A stretch of 64,000 bases of DNA from an uncultured delta proteobacterium (lineage in GTDB: Bacteria > Myxococcota > B64-G9): the NCBI GenBank assembly GCA_963754925.1, contig CAVWHX010000004.1:160001-224000 (forward strand). The letters are read 5' to 3'. The notes below the pieces were generated by a model. It saw only the letters and a program-made list of their open reading frames with translations, did no database searches and was not told the DNA's origin. The position numbers were made by a program, and so were the translations under genes. Below, piece by piece: positions 63,316-64,000 of the stretch. Positions within the stretch are counted from its first letter, which is position 1. Every line of letters begins with the position of its first letter.

Positions 63316-64000
63316 GTGAAACGTCAACTCATACCGGAATTACGCCCCCGGATAGACCGCCGCCTCGTTGAAAAAGCGCTCGGTGGGCCCGGAGCGCTTC
63401 CTGATGTGCTCGAACCTGATTTTCAGCGGTTGCGTCGGCAGGTGGAAAACGCGAGCGTTTCGCACGGGGCATTGGCGCTTTCAGGCATCGAGAACAAAAG
63501 CGACCATGACGTTGTCCTCGAGTTGAACACGACGCTTGAGGGCGTGGGCATTTATACGCTGCTTGCATCTTGTGAATCCGTCGCGGCCTTCGTGGTCACG
63601 CTCGGCCCAGGACCGGAACAACTTATCGCGCACGCACATCAAGAAGGTCGTCTCAAAGATTTGGCGCTTCTGGATGCGATTGCCTCTGAGGCGGTCGAGT
63701 CGTTGGCCGAACAGGCGAACGATTTCGTCGAGCGACTTGCACAACAAGAACGCCGCGCCATCACCCGCCGCTTTTCCCCCGGCTACTGCGATTTCGCCAT
63801 CGAGCAACAGGCCGTCCTTGACAAACTCGTACCCTTCGCCGCGTGCGGCGTGCGACTTAACCAGGCGCTCTTGATGTTGCCGGAAAAATCTATCTCGGCG
63901 GTGATCGGCCTCGGCCCGGTCGGTTCGTATGGGTCAAAAATATCAAAACCGCCCCCCTGCAGGACTTGTTCAAAACACCTGGAATGTCCAGGCACCACAG
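63316..64000 (+). CDS. Stand-alone B12-dependent methionine synthase activation domain protein (3' end runs off window)
   Basis: Not in the ORF track. Manual translation from GTG 63316: FVVTLG, LDAIASEAVE, RFSPGYCD, LMLPEKSISAVIG, CRTC...C. Confidence 0.85.
   Translation, partial: MKRQLIPELRPRIDRRLVEKALGGPGALPDVLEPDFQRLRRQVENASVSHGALALSGIENKSDHDVVLELNTTLEGVGIYTLLASCESVAAFVVTLGPGPEQLIAHAHQEGRLKDLALLDAIASEAVESLAEQANDFVERLAQQERRAITRRFSPGYCDFAIEQQAVLDKLVPFAACGVRLNQALLMLPEKSISAVIGLGPVGSYGSKISKPPPCRTCSKHLECPGTT

Overview
Bacterial chromosomal window, probably from a Myxococcota/deltaproteobacterial genome (inferred from the myxobacterial-type gspC-N cluster, Ser/Thr kinase-PEGA pair and FHA protein) with anaerobic or nitrosative-stress traits (rrf2-hcp). 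In order it carries: acyl-CoA dehydrogenase, trpB2, a TGS-nucleoside kinase, two tandem paralogous unknown membrane/lipoproteins, a MarR-TolC-MFP-RND efflux operon, ALDH, HD protein, PAS-GGDEF, ald, rrf2-hcp, enoyl-CoA hydratase, amidase, proBA, a LarA homologue and DinG. Next comes a ~6 kb accessory patch (SDR, GT2, an AT-rich membrane gene split by a 1135-bp IS3-family element with a 4-bp target duplication, pseudogene fragments, SAM methyltransferase). It continues with a polyferredoxin membrane protein, a glgD-like/glgC pair, an FHA protein, a complete type II secretion cluster, Gfo/Idh/MocA, a ParD-like/zeta-like toxin-antitoxin pair, PEGA protein + Ser/Thr kinase, lpxB, an ArnT-like glycosyltransferase and a stand-alone methionine-synthase activation domain. 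No rRNA, tRNA or CRISPR array was seen. Six genes are each broken by one extra base in a short homopolymer, most likely sequencing error. I found no unambiguous new system. The best leads are a covarying modular hairpin repeat family (4 copies), a long structured leader upstream of glgD/glgC, matching sigma54/IHF/enhancer promoter architectures at the T2SS and at the unknown paralog pair, and the zeta-like TA module among lipid A genes. All annotations come from motif recognition by eye; no database searches were run.
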